The notes below the pieces were generated by a model. The model saw only the letters and a list, made by a program, of their open reading frames with translations. It was not told the origin of the DNA and made no database searches. Source: Podarcis filfolensis (Eukaryota). Taken from it: 64,000 bases of DNA. Position 1 is the stretch's first letter; each line of letters opens with the position of its first letter. This document shows positions 38,151 through 51,030 of this stretch, piece by piece. The stretch lies in the NCBI GenBank assembly GCA_964270895.1, contig OZ185440.1, one strand, 5' to 3'. The translations under genes and the position numbers were made by a program.

Positions 38151-38598
38151 TATTTATGTATGCTACTACTGCAGGCCGTGTTTTGTTAGCCCAAAAATGG
38201 AAATCGAGCGAGGTCCCAACCAAAGAAGAATGGCAACTTAAGTTGACAGAATATGCACAACTTGCAGACTTAACATATAGAATAAGAGAACAAGAAGAAC
38301 ATAGGTTTAAGGAAGATTGGAAAACGTTTATTGAATATATGGGAAATAATTTGTGTACAAATCTGAAAACACTGACAGCATTAAGATAAATTCAACAGTG
38401 TAAATATGTTTTGATGGATGTAATAATGAAATACTGAATGGTACAGTTTTTGTAAAATATGCAGGGATTTATGATATGTAAAATGAACCATGAAAAGAGA
38501 AGAAGTGAAGTCACTGATATTGTAAGGATGCAAAATGAGTATTTTAAATGATAAAACAGAAAATTTAATAAAAAATATATACAAAAAAGAAAAGAAAA
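38151..38598 (+). mobile_element. 5'-truncated L1 LINE, young
   Basis: Uninterrupted ORF2 C-terminus (YATTAGRVLLAQKWKSSEVPTKEEWQLKL...FKEDWKTFIEY...*), a 3' UTR, AATAAA and an A-rich tail. The 13-bp TSD AAGAAAATATAAA lies at 38138-38150 and 38599-38611. Confidence 0.88.
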
Positions 38599-38667
38599 AA
38601 GAAAATATAAAATGCTTCTTTACTTTCCAAAAGGGATTCAGTCTTGGAGGGATGACTAAAGGAATAT

Positions 38668-38798
38668 TCTTCAATCTTGGGTCCCCAGATATTGTTGCAC
38701 CACAGCTCCCATAGCCCCCAGACAGATAAAGCAGAGGTTGGGGGTGATGGCAGTTGTAATCCAACCACATCTGGGAATCCAAGGTTGAGGAATACTGG
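38668..38798. mobile_element. ~135-bp palindromic hAT-like MITE
   Basis: TTCTTCAATCTTGGGTCCCCAGAT...ATCTGGGAATCCAAGGTTGAGGAA. Confidence 0.7.
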
Positions 38799-40995
38799 TC
38801 TGGAGTAGGACAGTTCTACAATGGTAAAGAAACCCCAAAGAATTTGTTGCAGGTGATACAATCAAGTTGGCATGCTCAGCACACCAGGTTAAGCTTAAAG
38901 GTAACAATAAACAAAACAAAAAGAGAGAAGATAGGTTCTGAGTTCTATTTTTTATAGTTGTTGCTAAGGAGAAGATGGCTAGGAAAGGGATAGTGTCACT
39001 GGACTATCCTTGATTTGTGTAGGGATATGTGGCTTGCAAGATACACATGATGGACTCCCATGAAAGCTTTTGAAATTCCCCAGACATTGATCCAATTAAA
39101 TATATCAGCTTGTCTGCATTTGTTATCTTCTAAGACTATTAGAGTAAAATTATCAATACAAAGGAAAATAATGAAATTCTGATATTTCCCTTTAACTATC
39201 AGCCATCCTTATTATATTAGCAGGGGGCTGGTTCTTATTCATCAAAAAATTTTAAATGCTACAAGAGCAACTGAAATGCAATGCAATCCTTTCCATTAAT
39301 TACACTATATAATAATGACATTTTGAAAAGAAATGAAGATTGTGGGGGGAAGAAATCAGTGTCACTGGGTTTCACATTAATGCCAATTTCCAAAACTGCG
39401 GAGGCAACATTTTCGACATGAACTTTGAGCCAAAAAAAAAGTATTTTGTCCCTTTAATAAATGGGTCTCTGTAAAATACAGAGAGTCTATTCTACAAAGG
39501 GGAGACAGTGTGAGGTTCTGTTCACAGTTTTCATCAATTGCAATAAGATTTATATGTAAATATGTTAATGGTACTATTAATAATTTAACGGGGGCAAGGC
39601 ATGCTGTGTTTACATAATAAATATGATTAAGTGTTTCCCTCAAACGAAGTTGCTGAACTGTCATGCTACCCCAGGTTATTATCTATGTGGCTTTAAAATG
39701 TTAATAAGACAATCAAAAGGAAATGTTTCCAGAGCCTGGCTACACGCAATACAAATTTCTTTAGAACAGTCAGTCAGATAGGACACTGTCTGAAGAAAGC
39801 CTCTCCTATGAAGCTGAGCACAACTAACGTACATAAAACCTTTCATTTTTTTGCATTTCCAGCCAGAGTAACCTATCCATTTGAGTAGACTTTCACTAGC
39901 TTAATTAAATAAAGCAATAATTATATTGCTATACATACCCCTACTGTTTATCTGGTCTCATTTCTAGCCAAGCTGAACACAAGGAAAACCTCAAGAGCAA
40001 GGACAGAATTTGCAAGTCAGGTTACTATAGAATGGTGACACAAATGGATTAATAAGTCATCATGTGGATCTGGCAGCTGGGAGTACTGTCTCCATGCTGG
40101 TCAAGGATTTTTTGCATAACTATCTAGGAAATCATGTGGACAGTGCTGAAGGAACATGCAGCCACTCCCAACATATAACCTCACAGACCCAAGGGAATGA
40201 AACTATCAGGGCAACCGGAAGAGGAAATTTATACTGCAGGGGGGGGGGAATGCTAAGCTTTACTTTTATTAAAGGATCGATCCAGTTCGCACACAGTCTG
40301 AGCATGCATGCTTCAGACAGGGTAGAGCACAGGAGCAAGTCTTCAGTATGAAGTCATGCCTAGGTAACTTAGGCATGCTCACACAATCTTTTGGTGCAAA
40401 AATGAGGTATTTCTATATGCAGGCCTCTCTCCACACTTAAGGTTCTGTGCAAGTAAGGGAGGACAGCCAAGCTCCAACAGCTTCTTGTCCGTTACCAAGT
40501 TCAAGAATGGCAGAGTGCTGTTGCTTCAGGAATGCTGGGGTTCACACTGAGAGCTGACGTTGGAACTGGAGACTTCACCCCTTCCTAATTCTTAGCCAGG
40601 TTCTGATTAGGCAGGTGTGTACATGCATTTCTCCCCTGCATGTGTGGCAAGCCAGGTACTTTGCCAGCATCCCTGAAAGCTCCTGCCTCACATGCCAACT
40701 CCTATGCTCGTGGACATAATGAGGGGAGATCCAGGAGCCAGCAAGGAACCCAGACAACCAGTGTGGAAACCTCCAGTCCCGTGGCTGGGATGTCAAGGTC
40801 TGAAGGCTCATCAGGATCGCTGGCAATGCATTCGAACAGCCCCAAGCAGCTTCAATCCAAATCTAGAAAAAGAACCACCTCAATGTGTTTTTAGCCAGTA
40901 ATGTGCACACAGCCTTGGAAGCATGTGCTGAGCACGCTCAAAGTGTCTTTTGTTTATTCCTTAGCATCTTCCATGCATGCAAGATTGAGACAACT

Positions 40996-41212
40996 TTTTA
41001 TTTATTTATTAAATTTATATCCCACCTTTTCTCCAAGGAGCTCAAGGCAACATATATGGTTCCCCTCCACCATCTATCTCTCACCACAACCCTGTATAGA
41101 AGATGAGGCTGCGAGATGATGAGTACCCCCATGTGCCCTGCTTTGTGACTGAGAGAGCTCTGAAGCTGCTTCTCCTCAGTCTGACACTCTAATCCACTAT
41201 ACCACACAGGCT
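40996..41212 (-). mobile_element. MIR/Ther1-like CORE SINE (degenerate)
   Basis: (TTTA)n tail, CCAAGGAGCTCAAGG, CACAACCCTGT, and a head ending CACTATACCACAC. Confidence 0.7.
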
Positions 41213-42140
41213 TTCCAGAGTTTTCTGGACAGAAGGCACAACTTCCAGGTCACTGTAGAAATAAGCAGTGTCTCAAGACTAGAGGTCAAGGCGAGATGCA
41301 CAACAATTGGTGGTACTGCTCCAGAATAAGTGTATTGCGGATTGCTGCATCAGCTTCTAGTATCCTAAGCTGAATAGCCTATCAAGACTATATTTTCCAA
41401 AAAACACTAGCATCCCTTTTGTTAAAGGCCACTTGCCCTACTCCCTCCTCTGAAACAAATATGGAAAGAGAAGCCTGGCCTGCTGCTGAGTAAGGGCTGT
41501 AGCTGCTTGGAAAGAATCGGATGGTTGCTTCTACATGGCAGCAGTATTGCGATCAATCCATTCATAGGCCTCCAGGGAGCCACTGGATATCTCCTTTCAC
41601 AGAAGCCAGCTTTTATTCCAGCACAGGAGGGGTTAATTTGAACCGAAGGCAGGGCCACTGGCGTCAAGGTGTCAAACTATAATTTTATATTAGGCACCGT
41701 AATAGTTACTAGAATTTTACTACAATAACTACATGTCCAAGCAGAGTTTAATGAGAAAATCTATAGTTTTGCTATGGTATTTTCTCTTAGTTTGCATAAT
41801 TCCCTGAATACAACCCAGTAAAGCTTTTGACCCAAGATAATAAAAAGGTGATAAAAATGAGCTGTAAAAAATCAGCTCGTATATATATTTGAAACAGCCA
41901 CTACAAAATTATGGATCGTTTCCACAAAAATAAAAGAAAACAAAAAAACTCTCCAGGCGTGATTAACCTTGGAGGGGGGGGGAGAGAGAGGAATAAAAAG
42001 AAGCTATTGCAAAAGCAATTCCAGATCTGCCTAAGGACAATGTGGGGAAGTAAGGAAGATTTGACAATGATATTCAGTTGGAGGAGAATTGGACCAGCAA
42101 AGCAGGAGTTTCACTCTTTATGATCTGCAAGCTCTGTTCA

Positions 42141-42288
42141 GGATAGCTCAGGTTGGTAGAGCATGAGACTCTTAAAGCTCAGGGTTATGGCTTTGAGCCC
42201 TATGTTGGGCAAAAGATTCTTGCATGAAGGGGGTTAGACTAAATTATCCTTGTGGTCCCTTCCAGCTCTGCAATACTGTACTATGATT
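42141..42288 (+). mobile_element. tRNA-Lys-derived SINE with CR1-type tail
   Basis: The head GGATAGCTCAG..GGTAGAGCATGAGACTCTTAA..CTCAGGGT resembles tRNA-Lys(CTT). The tail resembles the CR1 end at about 17810-17885. Confidence 0.85.
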
Positions 42289-42346
42289 CGTTGAAATGGA
42301 AACTCCTTACAATTGGTGTGTTTGCATAGGTGACGTGGCTTTACAG

Positions 42347-42483
42347 CAGGTGTGGGAAACCTTTGGCCCTCAAGGTGTTGCTGAACTACAGCTTCCATTT
42401 GCCCCAGAAAGCATGGCCAATGGCCAGGAATTATGGGAGTTGTAGTTCAGCAACATCCAGAGGGCCAACGGTTCGCAACATCA
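42347..42483. mobile_element. ~135-bp palindromic hAT-like MITE
   Basis: TTTGGCCCTC..G.TGTTGCTGAACTACAGC...GTTGTAGTTCAGCAACATC.AGAGGGCCAA. Confidence 0.75.
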
Positions 42484-42714
42484 GCTTTACACTGCTTATG
42501 CACTAATGCACAACTCACACACAGAATCTATACCACACTGTGGGTTGGGTGTACACTCACTACCAGCTATTATGCACAAATAAGTTTGGAAGGAAGCATG
42601 TGTAAAGGAGAAATAGAGCTGTGTGTCATCAGCATATTGCTGACAACATACTACAAAACTCTAGATGAACCTACTCAGCAGTTTTATGTAGATGTTAAAC
42701 ATTATGGGGGATAA

Positions 42715-43115
42715 AACTGAACCCTGAGGAACCTCACATTGAAGGCTGCACAGGGTCAAAGAGCACTCCTCAAGCATCATGCTCTGGAAACAACCATCTA
42801 CAAAGAAGTGCCACCCACCTATAATTCAGATAGCCTCTCCAGAAGGATATCATTGTCGATGGTTTCATAAACTGCTGAGAGGTTAAAGAGAATTTAAACT
42901 GGGCTTAAACCCTGATTGATATAGACCTAGAAAATCAGTTTAATCCAGGAGCACTTGGATCACTCAAGAACCCTGCCCAAGAATGGGAGATGGGCAACTG
43001 GCCAGTAATTATTTAGATTTTCCGAACCCAGGGAGGGTTTCTTGAGAAAGTTTTACCGCAGCCTCCTTCAAGCAGGCAGGGACCACCTCCTCTCATTAGG
43101 AGGTATTAATCACCT
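42715..43115 (-). mobile_element. L2 LINE reverse-transcriptase fragment
   Basis: The minus strand gives VVPACLKEAAV..LKKPSL, NYWPVAHLPFLGRVLE, YQSGFKP, LFNLSAVYETID and CEVPQGS in the expected order. These are degenerate L2 RT motifs, with an internal deletion. Confidence 0.85.
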
Positions 43116-44332
43116 CCTTGGCCCAGCCAGCTGTCCCCTCCCTCTGCAAGTTATTATCAGCCAAGAGAGGCAAGGGTCCAGAGTACAAGTGGCAGCCTGA
43201 CCAATCCGAGCACCTTGTCTACATCCTACTAACTGAAATTCATCCAACGCAACAGAACTAGACAGATTCATCTGCTGTAACAGAGGAGTCAAGATCCTGG
43301 CAGATGCAAGTAATTTTATCCTGAAAATACTTTGCAAACAAATCAGTGAGCTACTGTTGGTTCTGTCATCTCTTTTTGGCCAGATAGGCCAGATTTGGCC
43401 TTGCAGCACCCAGAAAAGCTCTACTGGATGGCAAATCAGAAGAAGGCTGGTCTATAAATTAGCAGGGAACAAGGTGGTGGGTGAATCTGGAATATCTGTA
43501 TTTAACATCTGTATTAAACAGTTGTTGCTCCTCATCTTCTTGGCATCCATTTAGATAGGCTATCATATTGGTCCTAATATTCTTTTTGTCTAGGCCCAAC
43601 ATGCATGGTACTAAGTTCGGTCTTTCCCCCATACTACATTATGGCCATTCATAGGCAACAAGGTTACATCCAGGAAACACCACAGTGAAAGGTGAGCAAC
43701 TTTGGGGCACAGGATGACTGTGTCAAGGCCACCAGCTGGCAAAGGAAAAGCAATGAATCTTGGCCAGGAAAATGGGCTGGTTTTCTATTAGCCCAAAAGG
43801 AAAGGATATAATTGGGGAGGGGGGACAAAAGGTACTTACCACTTGCTCAAAAACTAGTTTCAAGTATGCAACTAAGTTTTTAACACAGATCTTATATGTA
43901 TTCTTTTCAGTACCACAGTGTCAATTCAGTGACATTTTCTTGTTTGTTCTCGTTTTCCATAGTGCAATGTGACAAGGAAAAAGAATCTGAAGCATTTTTT
44001 TTGGATTGCCTCCAAACTTCACTGCACCCTGCACTTAAGTAAGTTCTTGGGGGTTCCCTTAATCTTCTGGAGCAAATTTGGGGAGGACGCGAGGCATGCA
44101 CAGAGAGAACTGAGTGGGGGTGTCCCATTGCGTAAGCGGAAATTCCTGCACTGACTGAACATGGTTGGTGGATGCCTCCCAACGTATTTATTTTTTCCAT
44201 TAAAATATCAGCATTGGCTCCCTGGAAGTTGTTACAGTGGAACTCTTCAGGGAATCTATTGGATCTATAGCCTGATGTCTGTCAGCTCATCCCTCTCACC
44301 TTCTTAGGCGAGGCTCTCCTGTCTTGCCTATA

Positions 44333-44575
44333 CAGTGGTGCCTTGGGTTACAAACACCTCAGGTTACAAACACTTCAGGTTACAGACTCCGCTAACCTGG
44401 AAGTAGTACCTCGGGTTAAGAACTTTACCACAGAATGAGAACAGAAATCATGCGCCGGGCCGCGTGGGAGGAGCGGGAAGCCCCAATAGCTAAAGTGGTA
44501 CCTCAGGTTAAGAACGGTTTCAGGTTAAGAACGGACCTCCGGAATGAATTAAGTTTGTAACCAGAGGTACCACTG
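44333..44575. mobile_element. Tc1/mariner (pogo/Tigger-like) MITE, copy B, opposite orientation to copy A
   Basis: TA|CAGTGGTGCCT...AGAGGTACCACTG|TA, with an internal sequence that is the reverse complement of copy A. Confidence 0.9.
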
Positions 44576-44989
44576 TATTCCTTGCTCTCCTCCTCTAAAT
44601 ACAAGGGTTTCACCTGTCAGAGAAGATAAGCACTCTAGAAAAAGTTGTGTGTGAACATGCCCTTCCATGACCTCCCCAGAACATTGGAGTGCTATTTATG
44701 TTACTAGAAAACCCACTGGACAGAATAGGAAGGGACACAAATATATTCTCTGCCAGATGCCATATTAGCTACTGCAACATTATGCAGTTAAAATTGGGCC
44801 CTCCATACCTGGCCCTAAAAATAGGAAAAGAGACACTGCCTCCGTGAACAGGACAGCAATTTCAACAGATTAGTGGAGCCTAGTTTATATGCAGAGGTGG
44901 CCTTTGGTAAGAGGATACTTCTTTCAAGTGGGACCAACACCTTGGCATCCTCTTGTCTGTCACTACTGCCAGCACTAGGCTGTCCCTCT

Positions 44990-45720
44990 TCCATCAGCCC
45001 CATCAATCAGCAGCCACAGGGATGATCTGTTAATGTTTTTCCTATAGACAGACACATTATGTCTCCACGCTGCCTCTGCACACACCGTGTTTACACCCCT
45101 TCTCTCTCCAGGGAGTAAATCAACCAAATTGATACGAGCCGTGATTAATTGTGTATCTCGGACCAATCTTTCCCCGAGTCCCTCACGCGGGCGGCTTCCT
45201 CCTCCTCCCCCCCCCCAACAAACCAGGGGAGAGAGGAGGCCCTGCTTGGTTTGACGGATAGAGCCTGCCCAGGACGCAGCGAGATAAATTTGAGAGGCCT
45301 ATGCTGGGCTGTCAGCGTTAAAGATGATGGATGGGGGAGGTGAGGCGGGAGGGACCCGTTGAGCTTGGCGTAATGGAGAAGGTTCCTGGGGGATGGATGC
45401 TTGCCCGGTGATTCGGCGTTAATCTCCGGGCGCTGGCGAGGTGCTGACGACTGATAACAAGGAAATAGGAATGACAACAATTTTTAGCCAAGAGATTCTT
45501 CACAAAAATGCCAAGCTGCCGGAGGTCTGACAGGCTCTGATTGAACGGGCATGGGGAGGGGGCAGCCACCTTGGCGAACATGCAAAAGATGGATCATTTT
45601 ATTTTCCCGCCTGACCATCTACATTTATTATCATTCCTCCTAATTCCACCTCGCTTAGCAGCTTGTCACCACCATTTCTCTTCCGCCTGCTGGCTGATGG
45701 GACCAGACCTTCTGTGCAGG
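44990..45720. promoter_or_regulatory. CpG-rich putative enhancer or internal promoter
   Basis: One of the most CpG-dense non-TE stretches in the window (about 45130-45430), with TGATTAATTG, TAAATCAA, CTAATT and GATA (AGATAA, TGATAA) motifs. Confidence 0.5.
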
Positions 45721-48665
45721 TGAGCCTGCTGGATAGTGCAACCAATGGCCAGGGTCTTTCTGGGAGAAACTGGCTGCTCAGTACAATAAGCCAGACACAC
45801 GTGCGAAGAGCTACTGAAAAAAAGGCCTTTGGGGGGCAGAACTGGTAGCTGGAGATGTGAAAGTGCTTGACTGAAAGTATGCAAAGCCAACCACTTTATT
45901 CACATAGAAACAAGTGGAAACAAGGAGGAGGAGGATGCAGCAGATGTACTGATACAGACAGGCTGACTTGTATCGTGCTGCCACATTTTACGTATTTGTG
46001 CCAGGATTCAATCTCTGGAGCAAGGCTAAGTAATAACAAAGAAAAAGTATCTCTGAGCATGCACAGAATATGTTTCCCTAACCACTGAGCAAGCACAGTT
46101 TGGACTCACACCTTTACAGACAGAACAGCTCTGAGGGCTTATCCAGACTTTGTGCCACATTTTCCAGGCAAAAGTCCGCACTTTAAAGCTCCTTCTCCAA
46201 GCAGGGTTTATTTGTCCCTGTGGAAAACCCAATTGCCATTTGCTCCAATTCAGTGGTAAAATGTGGGTTTTATGATAGATGGCTATCATGGCCAGACAAT
46301 ATGGGGAGCTTCCCACCACCACCACCAAAGTGGCCCTGGCAGCCACTTCATCACAGACAATGTGGTTACAATGTGGACAACTAAACTTTTGTACACACAC
46401 AGTAGCAAACAAACAGACAAACTGGGGGAACTTGTGGTCCAAAAGAAGGGGGGAACTGACTAAATGCTGCAGAGTGCTCTCCAAAGCTCCTGCTTATACA
46501 ACAGTTAAAGAGAACTGAGCAAGAAGGTTCTCAGCTTTAAGCATGCATTCCTCCCCTTTCTGTGAAGAAGAGGTCAGAAGCACCAGTTCCCTGGCTAAAA
46601 CTGAAGAAGTTTCCAAGTTTACTCTGCCAAGTTTACTCTGCACAGGCACAGAGCTGATTAGTGTGCATACATAGGGGCCACAGAAAAGAACTAAGAATTT
46701 TCTACTTAGTACCTCAAGAATATGCTGGCAACATTAAGTTTAACAATGTAAATATTGGATGGAGGATTTAACTCAGGATATGAGATGTGTGGCTGGGTTG
46801 CAGAAACTCTGCACCATTCCTTTAAGTAGATATGCTAGCCTGGTCAGAAAACAAAATAAGGTAGGCTAAAATAACCTTGGCAGCAATAAGCTTTGGGTAG
46901 TTTGCAAGAAATATGGATATACTGCCTCTGCAGGTCAAACAAAGCAATAGAAAATGATGCTGCCCCCACAGTCCAAGCAGAGCATGAGAAGATGAGGAGA
47001 TGAAAATTATGGAATTTCCAAAACACAGCTTATTATGAGCAACATGCCAGAAAGCCTCATTTGGGTTTTTAGGCAAGGAAGAAAGTATTACATATGTGTG
47101 TTCTTTTCCATATGTATGAACATCAGTTTTACATCAATAGCTGATGAAATCCCACCCCCCAATTTTGTGGAATTGTTAGGTACTGCTTTATCATATGGCA
47201 GGCTGTAGGTGGATTCAACTCTAATTTCAGCCAGGTCGAGTCATATGTTCAAGACCCACTTCAGTAGAAGGGGCTTGCAGGTATGAAGCCTCGAAGCCAA
47301 TTAGTCCAAGGAGGAAACAACAAAGGAATCTGGGGACTGGATCAGCCAAACTCAGTCAATATGGCCCATCTGGAGCAGGCAATAAGCAACATTAAAGGCA
47401 AGTAAGAAACTCTTCTGAAGGCAAGGGTGAAAGGCAGGAGTACAGAGATGCAGGAACACGTAAAGAAAACAACATGGATGTAAGAAAGGAAAAAGTGACA
47501 GGGATACAAAGCAGGTACAGAATTAACTGATAATGGTACCACAGCTTGAAGATCAAGCAAGATAACCTGCTTTGCACACATGTATTATACCCAGCAGGGG
47601 TCAGCAAAGATCATTCACCTGCCTTAGAGATGGAGCCATGCAAAGTGGTAGCTTACAGCACAACAGAGTTCGCAAACAAGGTCCGTCCTGCACCCTATTA
47701 TGTGCTGCGACTGCAAAATGGGAATTTCATGACAAAAATGTGCAAGTCAGAAATTGTTCTGTTGTAAGAACAGAGGTTAAAAAAAAAAGAAGGAAGCGCA
47801 ACACTGATTGGAACTTCAGAACTACTGAAAAGGCTACAACAATCTAAAGCAATGTTTATTCGAGGAGTCAATTTGCATCGCCATTTGGCACATGGCCAGA
47901 TGCACTGTGCTCCTGGGTAATGGGATGTCTGAGTAATTAATGATGAGTATAGCCTATGATTTTGCAGTCCACTGCAAAGTTTTCTAGCGTTGGCTGAATG
48001 TAGCATACAAAACTGCAATTTGTGCTCATGACACACTATTTATATAACCCATTTTGCCACAAGCATGATGCAATCTGGGTAGGAAAAAAGGGGAAGGGGG
48101 AATCTGGCCGCCTGCCAGTATATGAACTGACTCTGAGTGCCAAGGAACTAGTGTGTTGGGAATGTGTGTTGAATAGATGTTGGACTTTAGCACATAGTGA
48201 TGTTGTTGTGCAACCGCTTTGTCATCTGTATCTTTCCCAACTCATTCACATTTATAAGTTATACTGCAGCTCAACTTATCTTGGGAAGATGAGTACCGCT
48301 GTGGTAGATATGGATTCAGCTGCTAGCTGGGTATCTGCTGAAGCCATCACACAATAATTTCACCACATGCAAATTCACCAACCTATTCCAGTAAAAGTAG
48401 CTTCCATGTAAAGATGCTTAACTTCACAGCACCACCTGATTCTAAGATTTGCTGAGCCAACATGAAAGTAAGTGCTCATAACTGGACATAGGAGAAGCTT
48501 ATATAGGAGATATAGTACTCTCCTCAACTGCAGTGGAGGACTTGCCCTCCAGCCTGGAAATGCTACTGTAGCACTTTTGGCCATGACCATACATGAAACA
48601 CAAACTAAGAAAAGGCACAATCTGGTTAGGAAAGACAGAAGAGCTGGTACTCCACCCTGAAGAGA

Positions 48666-48802
48666 CAGGCCTGGGGAACCTTTGGCCCTCCAGATGTTGC
48701 TGTACTACAAGTCCCATCATCCCTGGCCACTGGCTATGCTTGCTGGGGCTGATGGGAGTTGTAGTTCTGCAACATCTGGAGGACAAATGTTCTCCACACC
48801 TG
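48666..48802. mobile_element. ~135-bp palindromic hAT-like MITE
   Basis: CAGG...GGAACCTTTGGCCCTCCAGATGTTGC...GCAACATCTGGAGG...CCTG. Confidence 0.8.
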
Positions 48803-48845
48803 GTCTAATACTTGGAGGTACCATATGCCATTTCAAAAGAGAAGC

Positions 48846-49014
48846 GGAAGCTGCCTTGTACTGAATCAGACTCATGGTCTATCTAGTTCAGTATTGTCTG
48901 CACTGACTGGCAGCAGCTTTCCAAAGTTTCAAAAAGGAGCCCTTTTCCCCTGGCACTACATGGGGATGCCAGGAATTGAACCAGAACCTTCTGCATGCAA
49001 ATCAGTGCTCTACG
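48846..49014 (-). mobile_element. Squam3-like SINE
   Basis: Reverse complement: GTAGAGCAC.GATTTGCATGCAGAAGGTTC.GGTTCAATTCCTGGCATC...GCTGCTGCCAGTCAGTG.AGACAATACTGAACTAGAT...AAGGCAGCTTCC. Confidence 0.85.
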
Positions 49015-50479
49015 CTTCTGTAATGCATAGGTTTACCCATAGGGGAGCTCTGGAGCCAGAGAAAGAGGAAGGGAACTTTATCCCCAGCTTCACTAACTAT
49101 GCTTGCAACAACAGAATATCACAAACTAGGATTACACACATGTTGAGGACAGAAGGACTGGCCACTACAACTCTATCTTTCAATACTTAACTGCCACTCC
49201 CAAGCAACTGATGCCAGAGCCAGCTGCTTCACTCTGCCTATTGGTTGAGCTGGAGGAAGATATGTGACAAAAAACATCTAGGGCTGGGGTACTAGTTACC
49301 CTCACCATACTACTATTTTCTTAGTCACATATTAAGGTTTCTATTCCCCACTAACCCTCCCGCTGCGGTATTAAAAAGCAACCCACTGCTGGGAATACAT
49401 TAGTGAGTTGCAGCAGATCCTTCTTTGCGATTATAATTACAAAAAATAGAGGGACAATAACTATTAATATTTTATTGCAGTATTTAATGAGCTAAAGCAG
49501 ACCATCTCCCACTCTACTGGAACGGCATACTTTGTCACTCTCCTGTCCCCACCATCCTCCTCTCAGGGAGGAGAGGGAGCCTTCCCTGTCTTCCAATAAA
49601 TCTTAACAATACTATGCAATCTATGCTGTTGCATGTTTTATTTTAAAACCAGAAATGACCTTCCTCATTGTTAGATTTCTCTCCCAAACCTATGCATCTC
49701 CTTGCGTCCCCAAGTCAGTTTGGCCCGCAGATCTGGACCCTAGTTCCTTTAAGCCCAATGTTAAAATATAGACTAATTTGCAGCAAGAAGCTCAGAGCTT
49801 ATTTGCCCCTTAAGGTCTCAGAGACTAAGGGGAAATTACTGATAGGCACACTAAAGGAATGCATATCCAAAATTTGGGAAATATCCTTAATTAAAGAAGA
49901 TACTCACTTGACTTGTCACAGAACTCTTAATAAGTCAAGAACTGAGCTCCACTTCCCAGTTTAATTTCTGTGATCCTCCAATACTAAGGCTGCGTACACA
50001 CAACATTTTACTCTAAAATCAATAGAGACAGTACTTGTTTTTTTCTGTGCAAGTCCACACACATTTTAGATCTATAGCATATATTTTGCCCTTGCAAACT
50101 GCTTATTGAAAATGCTGTTCTATTCAAAAAAATAAAAGCTCATTGCAGATTGATATTGCATTACTTTGCAGTGTGTCCATTTGAAAACAGATGTAGGTGG
50201 TCTCAGTAATTGGGGGTGTATCCACATCTGCTCAATGACACTGAGGGTGGCCATATACTTCACAGTCACTACTTCTTGCTCCCTTCCCCTGGGACATGTG
50301 AAGGGAAGGAAGACAGGATCTAGAATCAATCTAGATTGAAAGCAGCATATTGAAGATGAACATGAACAATTTTGTATTAAGAACAATTCTGTTTTTGTGC
50401 TATGAACAGGTTGCTGTGAATGCAGCCTGATGTTTGTTTGTTTTTAAAAATGTAGCACTTATGAGCCTTCCCAAGTGTA

Positions 50480-51030
50480 ACTAACATAACAAATGACTCA
50501 CCTATGAGGAAAGCTTCGAAGCATTTGATGCCTTTTAGTTTAGAGAAAAGGTGAGTAGGAAGAGGTGACAAGATACCAGTTTATAAAATTATACATGGCA
50601 TGGAGAAAGAGGATAGAGAGATGTTTTCCTCCTTTTCTCGTAACAGTAGAATGCAGAGATATTGGAAGGTTGGAAGATGCAGGATGGATGAAAGAAAGCA
50701 TTTCTTCATATACTGCATAGTTAAGCTTTGGAATCTGTTCTAGAGGGATAATGGCATCCAACTTGGATGGCTTCAATAGAGGATTAGACAAATTTGTGGA
50801 GCATAAGGCTATTGATGGCTACTAGCCATACTGGCTATGTTCTGCTTCCATGGTTGGAAGCATTATGCTTCTCAATACCAGTAGCTGGGAATGGTGGGTG
50901 GGCAGAGTGTTGTTGTACTCATGTCTGGATTGCGAGCTTCTTACAAGCATCTGTTTGGCTACTGTGAGAACAGAATGCAGGACTTGATGGGCCATTGGCA
51001 TCACCTAGCAGAATCTTCTTATTGTTATGG
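50480..51030 (+). mobile_element. CR1 LINE 3' fragment with long 3' UTR
   Basis: Degenerate ...FSLEKR..RGD.I.VYKI.HG... C-terminus, then a CR1 UTR (GGATTAGACAAATT...GGCTACTAG...GATGGGCCATTGG). Confidence 0.8.

Noticed and set aside
42141-42215. tRNA-Lys-like sequence as a tRNA gene (also 61078 and 63484)
   Set aside because: The cloverleaf is degenerate and runs straight into a CR1-type tail, so these are SINE heads.
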